Source of the DNA: Nitrospira sp. | GTDB taxonomy: Bacteria; Nitrospirota; Nitrospiria; Nitrospirales; Nitrospiraceae | NCBI GenBank assembly: GCA_030123625.1 | Contig: CP126121.1 | Location: 814,179-846,178, forward strand | DNA length: 32,000 bases | Direction: 5' to 3' | In this document: positions 9,350-19,547 of the stretch, in pieces | Position numbering within the stretch: position 1 is the stretch's first letter | Layout of the letters: the number at the start of each line of letters is the position of its first letter | Notes under the pieces: generated by a model | Database searches by the model: none | The model's input: the letters and a program-made list of their open reading frames with translations, nothing else | Told to the model about the DNA's origin: nothing | Program-made: the position numbers and the translations under genes

Positions 9350-10078
9350 TTGAAATTCGACATAAGCGCAACGGTCGTCTCGCTTCAAGTAGGGCAACCC
9401 CGCACTGTTAGATCGAGCGAAGGAACTGACTCGGAAGACCAGGTCTGGAGGACCGGGTTTTTTAAGGAGCCGAGATCCGGATTCGTTTGGCTGGGCCGGA
9501 CTAATCTCGACGGTGACGGGCAGGCGGACCTTGAGAACCACGGTGGTCCCGAAAAGGCCGTCAATGTCTATCCGGACGAACACTATCCCTATTGGGCACA
9601 AACTACAGGATTGATCAATCTTCAGCCCGGAGGTTTTGGAGAAAACTTTACCACTAAAGGTTTGCTGGAAAGTGACGTCTGTATCGGGGACATTTTCGAA
9701 ATCGGTGAATCGCTGGTCCAGGTATCGCAGCCCAGGCAACCTTGTTGGAAGCTGGCACGCCGTTGGCAGAGGAAGGATTTGGCGCTTCGTGTCCAGGAAA
9801 CCGGCCGAACCGGCTGGTATTTCCGTGTGCTCAAAGAAGGTCATGTCAAAACCTGCACTAGGCTCGTTCTAGTTGAACGCCATCATCCGAACTGGACGGT
9901 CTCTGCAGCAAACGAAGTGATGCATCATCGGATAGATGACCGGCAAGCCGCTCAAAACCTTGCCGACTGCATTTACCTCTCAGAAAGATGGCGGGAAAAA
10001 CTCAAGCGACGTGCCCGCAGTGGGGTACCCGAAAATACTTCTTCACGGCTGGATGGACCCAGGAAGATAGGAGACTAA
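9350..10078 (+). CDS. MOSC domain protein, YiiM-like
   Basis: GFFKEPRSGFVWLGRTNLDGDGQADLENHGGPEKAVNVYPDEHYPYW...LQPGGFGENFTTKGLLESDVCIGDIFEIG...VSQPRQPCWKLARRW...GRTGWYFRVLKEG. Confidence 0.9.
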   Translation: MKFDISATVVSLQVGQPRTVRSSEGTDSEDQVWRTGFFKEPRSGFVWLGRTNLDGDGQADLENHGGPEKAVNVYPDEHYPYWAQTTGLINLQPGGFGENFTTKGLLESDVCIGDIFEIGESLVQVSQPRQPCWKLARRWQRKDLALRVQETGRTGWYFRVLKEGHVKTCTRLVLVERHHPNWTVSAANEVMHHRIDDRQAAQNLADCIYLSERWREKLKRRARSGVPENTSSRLDGPRKIGD

Positions 10079-10103
10079 GCGACTTGCCTTTTCATTTTGA
10101 TGA

Positions 10104-10147
10104 GCGTCAGGGCCGTATCATATAGAATGAATACACGGCCCTGACGC
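10104..10147. terminator. Hairpin between convergent + and - transcription units
   Basis: GCGTCAGGGCCGT (10104-10116) / ACGGCCCTGACGC (10135-10147), perfect 13-bp stem with about 18-nt loop; weak T-tracts on both sides. Confidence 0.7.
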
Positions 10148-10177
10148 TTAACTGACTGGGAACTCTCCCGTCACATA

Positions 10178-10768
10178 CTAGTCTTCCTCGTCATCATCGT
10201 CTTTCTTCTTCTTGACTTCCTTGATCACAGGGCGTCCCTGAGCAAGACTCGCGTTCAGATCGTGCTCCGGAACCTTCTTATGCACAAGATTCTGATGGCA
10301 ATCGATGCACGTCGCCCCTTCGCTTTGCATCTTGGCATGTGCCGCTTTAGCCGAAGCTCCCGGCGGCTTCGTATTCTTGTGACATGCTCTGCACGTGAGG
10401 CTATCCCATTCCTTAAGTTTCATTCGAGCGCGGTAAGCAGCCTCCGGTCGATGTTCATTGAATTTTTCCACCGTTGAATAGTCAGTGGTGAACTCCTTGA
10501 TCAGGAACGGCACTCCGTCTACAACGTGCGTATAAATGGCCTTGTGAAAGTTTGATAAGCCTTGAGGCACATGGCAGTCCTTACAGCCTGGATCCATGCC
10601 AAGCGCACCCCAATGTGAGGACTTCTTCAGTTCCTCATAGGGATATATTTCAGAGTGACAACTTATGCAGAACTCAGTCCGTGAAATTGCGGCTTCACCG
10701 CCGAACACAACGGTAATCAGCCCTATCCCAAGAACTGCCCCAGCAGCTAATGTCCCCAACTTTGGCAT
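10178..10768 (-). CDS. cycB: Tetraheme cytochrome cM552-like, NapC/NirT family quinol-interacting protein
   Basis: N-terminal TM anchor; four CXXCH motifs (CISCH, CKDCH, CRACH, CIDCH); immediately downstream of cycA; lysine/aspartate-rich tail. Confidence 0.9.
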   Translation of the reverse strand: MPKLGTLAAGAVLGIGLITVVFGGEAAISRTEFCISCHSEIYPYEELKKSSHWGALGMDPGCKDCHVPQGLSNFHKAIYTHVVDGVPFLIKEFTTDYSTVEKFNEHRPEAAYRARMKLKEWDSLTCRACHKNTKPPGASAKAAHAKMQSEGATCIDCHQNLVHKKVPEHDLNASLAQGRPVIKEVKKKKDDDDEED

Positions 10769-10770
10769 TG

Positions 10771-11499
10771 TTATTCGTCCCCAGCCTTGTCCGATTTCAC
10801 CGGAGGCTTGGCTGTCTTCTGGAATTCTTCATGAAATTTTGGAATGGGCGGACCGATAAATGTGCCTTCAAGTTTGAAGTGCTCATGCATAGCCTTGTCA
10901 TTCCGAACATATTTTTCAAAGTCAAATGCATATTTCTTGTCTACTTTCGGAGTAAATGGAGTATAAGGCTTTTTCACGCCTTTCCACGGAGATCCTTCAT
11001 AATTGAGGTGACAGGCATTGCACTTTTCTTCAAACTCAAAATCCTGACCTGCTTCGACAAGATTGGCTCGCTCCATCGTCTTCTTGGATTTTTCAAATGC
11101 TTCACCGGCTTTTCTATGGATCTTTCGATAATCGCTTCCTGCACCATGACAAGACTCACAACCGACACCGGTTAAAAATTTATCCGGCTCTTCGATGACG
11201 TACCCGCCTTCCTTCCCGAATCCATCGACATGGCATCCAACGCAATCCTTGTCTTTTGTATAGTCCTTCTTGGGGTCCAGCTTGGCCTTGACCATCGCCT
11301 CGTCCTTCTTCTTGCCTCTGCTGGGCTTGAGCGACTCCATGGCCTTAGCATGGAGAGTCTTCTCCCATGACTCCCCCTCGCTTTTATGACAGTTGAAGCA
11401 TTTTTTTCGTCCTTCAAACGTTCCTTCCGCCCAAGCCGTCCCGGCGACGGCCAGAAATACCGCTGCAGCGGCGAATGCGTAACCTATGCGGTGATTCAC
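10771..11499 (-). CDS. cycA: Tetraheme cytochrome c554
   Basis: Signal peptide; CFNCH, CVGCH, CESCH, CNACH; FEGRKKCFNCHKSEGESW start typical of c554. Confidence 0.93.
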   Translation of the reverse strand: MNHRIGYAFAAAAVFLAVAGTAWAEGTFEGRKKCFNCHKSEGESWEKTLHAKAMESLKPSRGKKKDEAMVKAKLDPKKDYTKDKDCVGCHVDGFGKEGGYVIEEPDKFLTGVGCESCHGAGSDYRKIHRKAGEAFEKSKKTMERANLVEAGQDFEFEEKCNACHLNYEGSPWKGVKKPYTPFTPKVDKKYAFDFEKYVRNDKAMHEHFKLEGTFIGPPIPKFHEEFQKTAKPPVKSDKAGDE

Positions 11500-11681
11500 G
11501 GCATCTCCTTTCCCATAGATATTTATAGATTATGGAGTAATTCACCTAGTCATTGTCATGGTTAGTCTTCACTGAGCTTGCGCGAATCTTTATACGAACT
11601 CAGTAAACGCGGCCCAGTTTACCATGAGAGATTTCCGGACTGCTAGCCTGATGTTCTACGATGGCGGATCCCGACAGGTTT

Positions 11682-12710
11682 TCACGCCCCCGGAACTTTG
11701 TACACCCAGTAGCCACCGTGCTTATGGACGAGTTGCATCGCTTTAAAATCAACCGGAGTTGAATTCATGAGCGGAAGCATTTGAGATAGTAATGTTTTCC
11801 CATTCTTGCTTTCTTTCAGAAAATAACCTCGTATCACTTTGTCAGACACAGATTGGAGACTATAGGTATCGTATCCGTTCTCCTTCATCCACGCTTTCAC
11901 TTGACCGACAAGCCCATGGACATTCCCGGTCAAAGGGAAGTCTTTAAATGCGATATCTATTCGATCCGGTCGCATAAGTCCGAGTTTATATAAATCTGCG
12001 GGATGCACGACGATATACGCTTCACGAGAACCAACTAATTTCCGGAGCATGGTTGCCCCTGTATTGGGCTCGGCAGACAGTGCATCGACAAACTGTTGGA
12101 ATAATCGGTTTTCATCCGGTGATCCTGGTGCGCCCCAAAACCGACGTTCATACTCATCGATCACATCCACACGATCTTTCCAGTACGATGGTGCAATAAG
12201 CGGTTGCCCAAGGTGGGAGGTAAACAGAGTATCCCGTTCCGCCAGGAGACCAAGCTGTCGAGAGGTATCCCACCAGGCCAAGATTATCGCTTCTTTCGGC
12301 ACGTGCTTCGTGATATCCGTCGCAATCGTTGCAAGTTCCAACAGATCGGTTCCCATCGATCCGACCGGTTCTGAAACAAGATTCTCCCAGCTTAATAGGA
12401 CAGACTTCCCGTTCCCTTTGTCCGTCAGGTAGGCAACAGCAATTGGTTTATCGACCGATTGAACGCGAAGTTCGTATTTGCTGATTTTTAAATGGGGCCA
12501 AGCTTGCAACGGGAGGTTATGAAACTTATTGGCGTTACCTTCATCAATCAATTGATAGCTGTAGGGCACAGGAGCAGGTTTAAACCAAAGGTAGGCAAAC
12601 CACCCGACCAAAAAAAGACCTCCCGTCACCAGGAGCAGCCCTAGTGACGGGAGGAATTTCGACCCTGACGGATGTGACACCGGCGCGTTGACAGAGGGAG
12701 CCGAGATCAA
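11682..12710 (-). CDS. haoB: HaoB, protein encoded with hydroxylamine dehydrogenase
   Basis: 342 aa, N-terminal TM, follows haoA with an ATGA overlap; [14 protein letters not shown]...[21 protein letters not shown]. Confidence 0.88.
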   Translation of the reverse strand: MISAPSVNAPVSHPSGSKFLPSLGLLLVTGGLFLVGWFAYLWFKPAPVPYSYQLIDEGNANKFHNLPLQAWPHLKISKYELRVQSVDKPIAVAYLTDKGNGKSVLLSWENLVSEPVGSMGTDLLELATIATDITKHVPKEAIILAWWDTSRQLGLLAERDTLFTSHLGQPLIAPSYWKDRVDVIDEYERRFWGAPGSPDENRLFQQFVDALSAEPNTGATMLRKLVGSREAYIVVHPADLYKLGLMRPDRIDIAFKDFPLTGNVHGLVGQVKAWMKENGYDTYSLQSVSDKVIRGYFLKESKNGKTLLSQMLPLMNSTPVDFKAMQLVHKHGGYWVYKVPGA

Positions 12711-14416
12711 CGATCCTTCCTTCCGCTCCTCCGCCAGCCGGCAATGGCCATCGTCCCGGCGAGCAGCATTCCACCGCCGAGCCCCCCGAGCGACAGCTTC
12801 CCAGTCTCGCTATCCAGGTCCAGCAGCCCATGCTTCACCTGGCCCTCAAGTTTGGCAAGCCGGGATTGGAGATCCAGCTTCTCCTTCAGCCGCGTGTCAT
12901 CGTCCATGATTTCCACATAGGCTCGGTTCATCGCCGCCCAGCCGACTGTATAGGTATACCCCCAGTATTGGTGGGCCAAGCTGACATGCAATTGCACCAG
13001 GTGATCTTCGGCCATTTCGAACAGGCGCAACTCATTGGCTGCCGGGTTATTCCCCTTGGACCAATAGATCTGGAAGAACTTCTCAAAGCCATCCGTCTCC
13101 GGTGCCGGCGGGGCCGGTCGATTGGTCTTTTGCCCGGTCAAGAGCCCGGCCTTGTACTGCTCCTCGACCACATGATGCGCTTCATCATACTTATCCAATC
13201 CGGAGAAGGTGCCGTTATCCATGAATTCCAACCACGCCCTGGCGTACGTTTCCGAATGGCAATTGGTACAGGTCTTCACCCAGGCATCATTCCGCTTTTC
13301 CGCCCAGTCGGTCTTAATGTTCTCGCGGACACCCGGCACGAAGGGATAGTTGGCCCACCGTACCTTGCGCACCACATTGTGGGCGATTTTCCCTTGATAC
13401 TCCATATGACAGTATTGGCAGGTGGGGGCGGTTTCGGCGCCTTTGACCATTGCCTCCTTAATGGGAATATTGAAGTTCCAATGCTCTTTATCGCGCTGAT
13501 ACTTCAACCCATGCTTGGACAGGTTATACGCTTCCCAATTGTTATGGTCGGCCCCGCTGTGGCATTGCCCACAGACTTCCGGCTTCCGTGATTCCGCCAC
13601 GGAGAATTCATGCCGCGCATGGCAGGTATCGCACTTGTTCTGATTGACGTGGCAACCGGTGCAGCCATCGGCAATTTCCCGCTGCGGCATCCCGGCATAG
13701 ACTTCGACTTCCACATTGGCCCGGTAGTCCAAGGCATGGGACGGACGGCCTTTGGGCCACTGATCTTTCGGCCACGTGATGGTATCGCGTTCCGATTCTC
13801 TCTCGGCAAACTCCTGCAAATGGCACGTGCCGCACGTGTCGGCCGTGGCCAACCTGATATCCTTGCGATGGTCCGCCTTGTTCTTGGCATTGACCTCAAA
13901 GTGACAATCAATGCACCCCACTTCTTTGAGATGCTCGCCCTTGCCCAGCTTGCCGATCGATCGCAGATTCTCTTCGACGGCTTCGAGCTTGGCCTTCTTG
14001 TAGTAGGTTTCATCTTTCGGGGTCAGCTTGCGGATCTTATCCAAGTTTGCATGCGTGCTTTTCTTCCACGCGGCGACCCACCCCGGCGATTCATCCGTGT
14101 GACACTTGACGCATTGCTCACGGCTCGCCACCTCTTTCACCGCCTGCGGGGGCTTATAAAACGTGTGCGGGTCGAAATACTTACTGAACGAGACGGGTTG
14201 CCAATAGTCGCCGTACTTTCCCTTCCCTTGCCCATTCTGATTGGGGTCCATATATCGCTTCAGCAACGCCTCGTACAGTTCCTTCGGCGAGGCGGACCGC
14301 TCAATCTTCAACGCCTCATAGGTTTCCTTCGGCACGGTGGGGAAATTCGCCTGCGCCTGCGAGGCAACGACCACGCCCCAGACCACCAGGGCATACTTCA
14401 CGAGGTTCTTTACCAT
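12707..14416 (-). CDS. haoA: Octaheme hydroxylamine dehydrogenase/oxidoreductase
   Basis: Eight CXXCH motifs (CVKCH, CIDCH, CGTCH, CTGCH, CDTCH, CGQCH, CQYCH, CTNCH); preferred start at [14 protein letters not shown] preceded by GGAAGGAG, not the 14512 start of the ORF track; C-terminal hydrophobic segment. Confidence 0.95.
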   Translation of the reverse strand: MVKNLVKYALVVWGVVVASQAQANFPTVPKETYEALKIERSASPKELYEALLKRYMDPNQNGQGKGKYGDYWQPVSFSKYFDPHTFYKPPQAVKEVASREQCVKCHTDESPGWVAAWKKSTHANLDKIRKLTPKDETYYKKAKLEAVEENLRSIGKLGKGEHLKEVGCIDCHFEVNAKNKADHRKDIRLATADTCGTCHLQEFAERESERDTITWPKDQWPKGRPSHALDYRANVEVEVYAGMPQREIADGCTGCHVNQNKCDTCHARHEFSVAESRKPEVCGQCHSGADHNNWEAYNLSKHGLKYQRDKEHWNFNIPIKEAMVKGAETAPTCQYCHMEYQGKIAHNVVRKVRWANYPFVPGVRENIKTDWAEKRNDAWVKTCTNCHSETYARAWLEFMDNGTFSGLDKYDEAHHVVEEQYKAGLLTGQKTNRPAPPAPETDGFEKFFQIYWSKGNNPAANELRLFEMAEDHLVQLHVSLAHQYWGYTYTVGWAAMNRAYVEIMDDDTRLKEKLDLQSRLAKLEGQVKHGLLDLDSETGKLSLGGLGGGMLLAGTMAIAGWRRSGRKDR

Positions 14417-14439
14417 CACAGCTCTACTCCTTCCGTTTG

Positions 14440-14461
14440 AGGGACAGTGGGAACTGTCCTT
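14440..14461 (-). promoter_or_regulatory. Hairpin in haoA 5' leader adjacent to RBS
   Basis: Plus strand AGGGACAGT-GGGA-ACTGTCCTT, 9-bp stem (one GU) with 4-nt loop, just upstream of GGAAGGAG. Confidence 0.5.
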
Positions 14462-14624
14462 CAGAAAACATGAACTCGGTACATTTCCGCTTATTTTTTT
14501 ATCTGCGTTCATCTGCGCAAGTTCACAAAAAGAATGGCCGCGAAATATAGCTTAGCCCTACCAGACTGTCAAGCGATTTCCGTGGATCCCATAATTTCTT
14601 AAAGAATAGAAAAGATAATAATAC

Positions 14625-15914
14625 CTACGGTCGTTCTCGGTCGATGACAACGGTGATATTATCAGTTCCCGGCTTGACCGGCTGACTCATACCTTCCAGA
14701 TCACCACTTTCAGGCATGGCTTTTCCGGATTTCGACAGACGCGCCACGATGACCACCGTGTCGATGTCCGAGAGCTTCCTTGACGGCATGGGACTGGTGG
14801 AGTCATCCAGTCGGAAGGTGAAGGGTAAATCCTTTTTCGATGCCCGTACAATCGACACCGGCATCGGCGGCCCGGCGACATCCTTCGCGAATACGAATAA
14901 GGTGTCCGGGAGAGAACCTTTGCTTGCCAGATTCGGCCCCAACACCACTTTGCCCGTTATCGCACGAGACTGCCCGGATTGTGTCGCCGGCTTGGCCGGC
15001 TTGGCTGCTTCCATCGGAGGATTCGCCACCAACATGTTCGTACTAGGGCCACCCAGATGGCGTTTGGCTTCGGCGATGCTGGCCTTGAGTTGATCCGCTG
15101 ACTCCTGGTCATCGGGAGGAAGATAGGCGTGCGCATCCTCCCACTCTTTGGCGGCACGCGCAAAGTCTTTTCGGTTGTACGCGATCGTCCCCGACAACAT
15201 GAGCGCCTTCACGTTGTGCGGGTCGAGCGTTAAGGCTTTTTGAATCAACGTCTCCGGTTTTCCATCCAACTTGCGTCCCTGATGGACACCGAGGGCATCC
15301 GCATAGTCGGCGAGGAGACTCGCATTATTCGGATCGAGCTTGGTGGCTTTCTCAAAAATCGGCACCGCGTCGGCATACCGCTCCATGGCCATGTAGGATC
15401 GAGCCAAGAGTCCCCACCCGACTGCATCGTTTGGGCTTTGCTCAAGCTTCTTTCTCAACTGTTCGATCAACGTGTTCAGACTGTCCGCCATCTGGGAATC
15501 ATTCCCAGGGCCGCCTTGAGAAGACGAGGCTGATACCGCCGGGTGCGTCATCGCCGCCGGATTCCCCAATGTCCAGTAGAGCACTCCACTGGCGGCCGGA
15601 ATAATCATGGCCAAGGAGAGCGCAACGACCCGAAGATTCACGAGCCCTCCTGTAGCCGCGGTCGGCGCTTCGACACGACCCGCCTCCTCTAACACACGAC
15701 GCTCCAGCTCACTCCGCGCCGCTCGATACTGTTCATCTGTCAACAATCCATCGGTCCGATCTTGCTCCAACTCGGAAAACTGCTGTCGATAGACCGGCAG
15801 CGTTTTCTCCTGTTCGCTCGTGGCGACAGACGGGCGCTTCAACAGAGGCCTCAGCAGAAGACCGAGGACACACAGAGTCATGGCCGAAACGATCAACCAA
15901 AATGTAGCGGTCAT
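14625..15914 (-). CDS. ccmI: Cytochrome c biogenesis protein CcmI (TPR)
   Basis: N-terminal membrane segments, LLTDEQYRAARSELERRVLEE motif, TPR region, C-terminal extension with beta-rich domain. Confidence 0.92.
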   Translation of the reverse strand: MTATFWLIVSAMTLCVLGLLLRPLLKRPSVATSEQEKTLPVYRQQFSELEQDRTDGLLTDEQYRAARSELERRVLEEAGRVEAPTAATGGLVNLRVVALSLAMIIPAASGVLYWTLGNPAAMTHPAVSASSSQGGPGNDSQMADSLNTLIEQLRKKLEQSPNDAVGWGLLARSYMAMERYADAVPIFEKATKLDPNNASLLADYADALGVHQGRKLDGKPETLIQKALTLDPHNVKALMLSGTIAYNRKDFARAAKEWEDAHAYLPPDDQESADQLKASIAEAKRHLGGPSTNMLVANPPMEAAKPAKPATQSGQSRAITGKVVLGPNLASKGSLPDTLFVFAKDVAGPPMPVSIVRASKKDLPFTFRLDDSTSPMPSRKLSDIDTVVIVARLSKSGKAMPESGDLEGMSQPVKPGTDNITVVIDRERP

Positions 15915-16378
15915 GAGCGCTTGCCTCCTTCTGCCAATAGTTGTTCGACTCGTCGATGCTCCTCAACCGTCACCGGCGCATCGACGACTTTGTTCGCCCG
16001 ACGCCGCAATGTGATGACGAGCACCGTGGCTCCGATGGTCAATAGAACGAACGGCCCAACCCACAGCAGCGTGGTGGTCGCCTTGAGCGGCGGTCGATAC
16101 AGCACGAAGTCACCATAGCGTGCGACAAGGAAATCGATGATTTCCTTGTCGCTCATGTCCTTCGCGATCATCTCCCGAACTTCCCGGCGCAAATCTTCTG
16201 CCAGCGGAGCGTTGGAATCGGCCAATGTTTGATTCTGACAGACCAGACATCGCAGCTCGACGGCGAGATGCTTGAGTCGCGCCTCGACGGCTGGGTCATC
16301 GGCCAACGGCCGGGCCTCCCCCGCCCAAGCAGGTCCGGACAAAAACAACACTATGAGCATCACCCATTTCATTCTCAT
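15911..16378 (-). CDS. ccmH: Cytochrome c biogenesis protein CcmH
   Basis: LAVELRCLVCQNQTLADSNAPLAEDLRREVREMI, the LRCxxC motif. Confidence 0.95.
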   Translation of the reverse strand: MRMKWVMLIVLFLSGPAWAGEARPLADDPAVEARLKHLAVELRCLVCQNQTLADSNAPLAEDLRREVREMIAKDMSDKEIIDFLVARYGDFVLYRPPLKATTTLLWVGPFVLLTIGATVLVITLRRRANKVVDAPVTVEEHRRVEQLLAEGGKRS

Positions 16379-16902
16379 TGTGATTCAAGCTGCTTCACAA
16401 GGGGAAGGATTTTTTTGGCAACGGTGTCGGGATCCAGGGGCCCGATCTGTTTATAGCGGATCACACCCTGCTTGTCGATGACGTAGGTTTCAGGCACTCC
16501 GTAGACCCCATAATTGATGCCGACCCGGCCGGCATCATCCACCCCGACCACAGGATAAGGATTGCCCCACCGCCTCAACCAGGTCATAGCCTCGTCACGT
16601 TGATCCTTGTAATCCATCCCATAGATCGGCACCTCACCGGATTTGGCCAACTCCATCAATACCGGATGCTCAGTCCGACACCCGCTGCACCATGAGGCCC
16701 AAAAATTGAGCAACCAGACTTTCCCTTTAAGGTCAGTCGACGAAAATACGTTTGCTGAATCGTAGAGCTGCGGCTGGGAAAAATCAGGGGCGGCCTTTCC
16801 GACCAAAGGAGACGGGATTTCCCGCGGGTTGAGCCTAAGCCCCACCCCCAGGAAGACGACGACCACGATAAAAATCGACAGCGGCAGGAGAAACCGATTC
16901 AT
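16375..16902 (-). CDS. ccmG: Thiol:disulfide interchange protein CcmG/DsbE
   Basis: WLLNFWASWCSGCRTEHPVL...GVYGVPETYVIDKQGVIRYKQIGPL. Confidence 0.95.
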   Translation of the reverse strand: MNRFLLPLSIFIVVVVFLGVGLRLNPREIPSPLVGKAAPDFSQPQLYDSANVFSSTDLKGKVWLLNFWASWCSGCRTEHPVLMELAKSGEVPIYGMDYKDQRDEAMTWLRRWGNPYPVVGVDDAGRVGINYGVYGVPETYVIDKQGVIRYKQIGPLDPDTVAKKILPLVKQLESQ

Positions 16903-18890
16903 GCCACTTTTCGCCTAGCGGTTCGTGTCGACGCGGGTACGGCCGGCTCTTGCCGACGCCATGCAATTCGATACCGGCGATCGCTGACAGCCAGTACGCC
17001 GCCCAGCGCCATGATGAAACACCCACCCCAAATCCAGTCTACAAACGGCTTGTGATAGAGCCGTACACTCCACGCGCCATCGTTCAACGGTTCCCCCAAC
17101 GACACATAGAGATCGCGTAACAACCCGGGATCGATCGCGGCTTCCGTCATGACCTGATTCTGAACGGTATAGCGCCGCTTTTCAGGATACAACACCGTCG
17201 TTTCGCGACCGTTACGACTCACGGAGAAGGTCCCACGGGCAGCCGTATAATTCGGCCCAACGACATCCTGCGCACCGTCGAATCGGAACGTATAGTCGCC
17301 GATGGTCGCCGTTTCCCCCACGTTCATCCGCACATCTTTTTCAGTTTCAAAGCCCTTCACCATCGTCACCCCGACGATAAAGATCGCAATACCGCAGTGC
17401 GCCACGAGCATTCCCCAGTAAGATCTGGGTACCGCCGCCAGTCGACTCACAAGGCTGTTCCCGCTGACATGAGTCAACCGTTCACGCAATGTCACAATCG
17501 CGGTCGTCACGATCCAAATTGCCAGGAGCAGCCCCAGGCTCAACAGCGGCGTCCAATTCCCCATGACGACCGGTAAGGCCAGGGCCGTGACAAGACTGAC
17601 TCCGAACGCCCACTGTAATCGTTTCGTCAAATCGGGCAAACTCGCTTTCTTCCATTGGGCCAATGGACCGATTCCCATTAAAAAGATCGCCGGCGCCATT
17701 AACGGGACAAAGACGGAATCAAAATACGGAGGCCCGACAGAAATTTTCCCGAGATCCAACGCATCCAAAAACAATGGGTACAATGTGCCCAGCAACACTG
17801 AGCCCATCGCGGCAACCAGTAACACGTTGTTCGCCAGCAACATCCCTTCGCGCGAGATCATCGCAAATCCGCCGCCGAGTCCCACTCGTGGCGCCCGCCA
17901 GGCATACAAGGCAAGCGACCCTCCGATGACGACGGCCAAGAAGGCCAGAATGAACAGACCACGTTTTGGATCGGTGGCAAAGGCATGCACGGAGGTCAAC
18001 ACACCGGAACGGACAAGAAATGTCCCAAGGAGACTCAACGAGAACGCCATGATGGCAAGCAGGACGGTCCACACTTTGAACCCTCCCCGTTTGTCGGTCA
18101 CGGCCAGTGAATGAATCAACGCCGTTCCGGCCAACCATGGCATGAATGAGGCATTCTCGACCGGGTCCCAAAACCACCATCCACCCCATCCTAATTCGTA
18201 ATAGGCCCAGCCGCTTCCCATTGCAATGCCGACGGTCAAAAAGCACCAGGCGACGGTCGTCCATGGGCGAGACCAGCGGGCCCACGCGGCATCAAGATTC
18301 CCTCCCAGCAATGCGGCGATCGCGAACGCGAAGGCAACCGAAAATCCGACATAGCCCATATAAAGCATCGGCGGATGGATCACCATACCTGGGTCTTGCA
18401 AGAGCGGATTGAGATCGCGCCCGTCAAGAGCGGCAGGAATCAGCCGTTCGAACGGATTCGACACGGTCAGCATGAACAGAAGAAATCCGACACTCACAAG
18501 CCCCATCACTCCGAGAATACGAGAGCGGGTGGCTTCGGGGAGGTGAGCGGAAAAAAGCGTCACCGCGAACATCCACACGGTCAGAATAAAGGTCCATAAG
18601 AGCAGCGACCCTTCGTGCGCGCCCCAAATCGCGGCCAGTCGATAATGCAAAGGGAGCTGGGAATTCGACGTGGCGGCGACATACAGCACAGAGAAATCTT
18701 TCGCGGCAAACGCATAGCCAAGGCAACAAAACGCCGTGAGGACTAAGAGAAATTGCCCTCGCGCCGCGGGCTTGGCAACGGCCATCAGCGCCGAGTTCCC
18801 GACGGCAGCACCGTAGATAGGGAGAATGCCCTGCACCACGGCGACGCACAGTGCAAGAATCAACGCAAAATGACCGATCTCCGGAATCAT
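16899..18890 (-). CDS. ccmF: Heme lyase CcmF/NrfE family
   Basis: 663 aa; [21 protein letters not shown]; [35 protein letters not shown]. Confidence 0.97.
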   Translation of the reverse strand: MIPEIGHFALILALCVAVVQGILPIYGAAVGNSALMAVAKPAARGQFLLVLTAFCCLGYAFAAKDFSVLYVAATSNSQLPLHYRLAAIWGAHEGSLLLWTFILTVWMFAVTLFSAHLPEATRSRILGVMGLVSVGFLLFMLTVSNPFERLIPAALDGRDLNPLLQDPGMVIHPPMLYMGYVGFSVAFAFAIAALLGGNLDAAWARWSRPWTTVAWCFLTVGIAMGSGWAYYELGWGGWWFWDPVENASFMPWLAGTALIHSLAVTDKRGGFKVWTVLLAIMAFSLSLLGTFLVRSGVLTSVHAFATDPKRGLFILAFLAVVIGGSLALYAWRAPRVGLGGGFAMISREGMLLANNVLLVAAMGSVLLGTLYPLFLDALDLGKISVGPPYFDSVFVPLMAPAIFLMGIGPLAQWKKASLPDLTKRLQWAFGVSLVTALALPVVMGNWTPLLSLGLLLAIWIVTTAIVTLRERLTHVSGNSLVSRLAAVPRSYWGMLVAHCGIAIFIVGVTMVKGFETEKDVRMNVGETATIGDYTFRFDGAQDVVGPNYTAARGTFSVSRNGRETTVLYPEKRRYTVQNQVMTEAAIDPGLLRDLYVSLGEPLNDGAWSVRLYHKPFVDWIWGGCFIMALGGVLAVSDRRYRIAWRRQEPAVPASTRTARRKVA

Positions 18891-19378
18891 AGCGAGCCTT
18901 CCCTACCTTGCCTACCTTGAGGGACAACGAGAGATTTACTTTGCTGAGCACCGGACGCCTTGGCTTTTGCCAATGCCTCGGCCGCTTCAGGCGGCATGTA
19001 ATTTTCATCATGTTTGGCCAAGACTTCGCTGGCGACAAACGTGCCGTCGGCGTTGAGTTTTCCTTGTGCCACGGCACCCTTCCCTTCCTTAAAGAGGTCC
19101 GGCAGAATCCCCTTATAGGTCACCGGCACGCGCTTCGCCGTATCAGTGACGATGAAACGGACCGTCAGGCCGTCGTTCTCGCGGACGAGACTCCCATCCT
19201 CAACCATCCCGCCGATCCGGAAACTGCGTCCTTGCGGCACCTCACCGCTCACCACTTGAGTGGGGGTAAAGAAGAACACGAGATTGCTCTGAAAGGCGTT
19301 CAGGATCAGCACCGTCGCCACACCCAAGACGAGCAATCCCAAGCCGATAAAGGCAAAGCGTTTATGCCGTGGTTTCAT
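18887..19378 (-). CDS. ccmE: Cytochrome c maturation heme chaperone CcmE
   Basis: [27 protein letters not shown]...[19 protein letters not shown]...[17 protein letters not shown] (HDENY heme site). Confidence 0.95.
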   Translation of the reverse strand: MKPRHKRFAFIGLGLLVLGVATVLILNAFQSNLVFFFTPTQVVSGEVPQGRSFRIGGMVEDGSLVRENDGLTVRFIVTDTAKRVPVTYKGILPDLFKEGKGAVAQGKLNADGTFVASEVLAKHDENYMPPEAAEALAKAKASGAQQSKSLVVPQGRQGREGSL

Positions 19379-19547
19379 CGGTGCCTCCTAACAACGCGAC
19401 GCGCTGTTCGGCGCGCGCCGCAGCCCGTCGACGCCACAAGGCCAACACTTCCCATACCATGCACAACGCCGTGGCCGCAAATGAGGTCCATACATAAAGC
19501 CCATACCCTCCCATCGCAAAGAATTCCGATGCGCTTCCCCACTGCAT
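19362..19547 (-). CDS. ccmD: Small CcmD-like membrane protein
   Basis: 61 aa with a single TM; [27 protein letters not shown]; located between ccmC and ccmE. Confidence 0.85.
   Translation of the reverse strand: MQWGSASEFFAMGGYGLYVWTSFAATALCMVWEVLALWRRRAAARAEQRVALLGGTDETTA

Noticed and set aside
12830-14440. Large + strand ORFs (12830..13591 and 13610..14440) opposite haoA
   Set aside because: Shadow ORFs within an unambiguous octaheme haoA; no recognisable family.
14417-14512. 32-aa N-terminal extension of the haoA ORF track call
   Set aside because: The Met at 14416 is preceded by GGAAGGAG and opens a normal signal peptide; the extension overlaps the leader hairpin.
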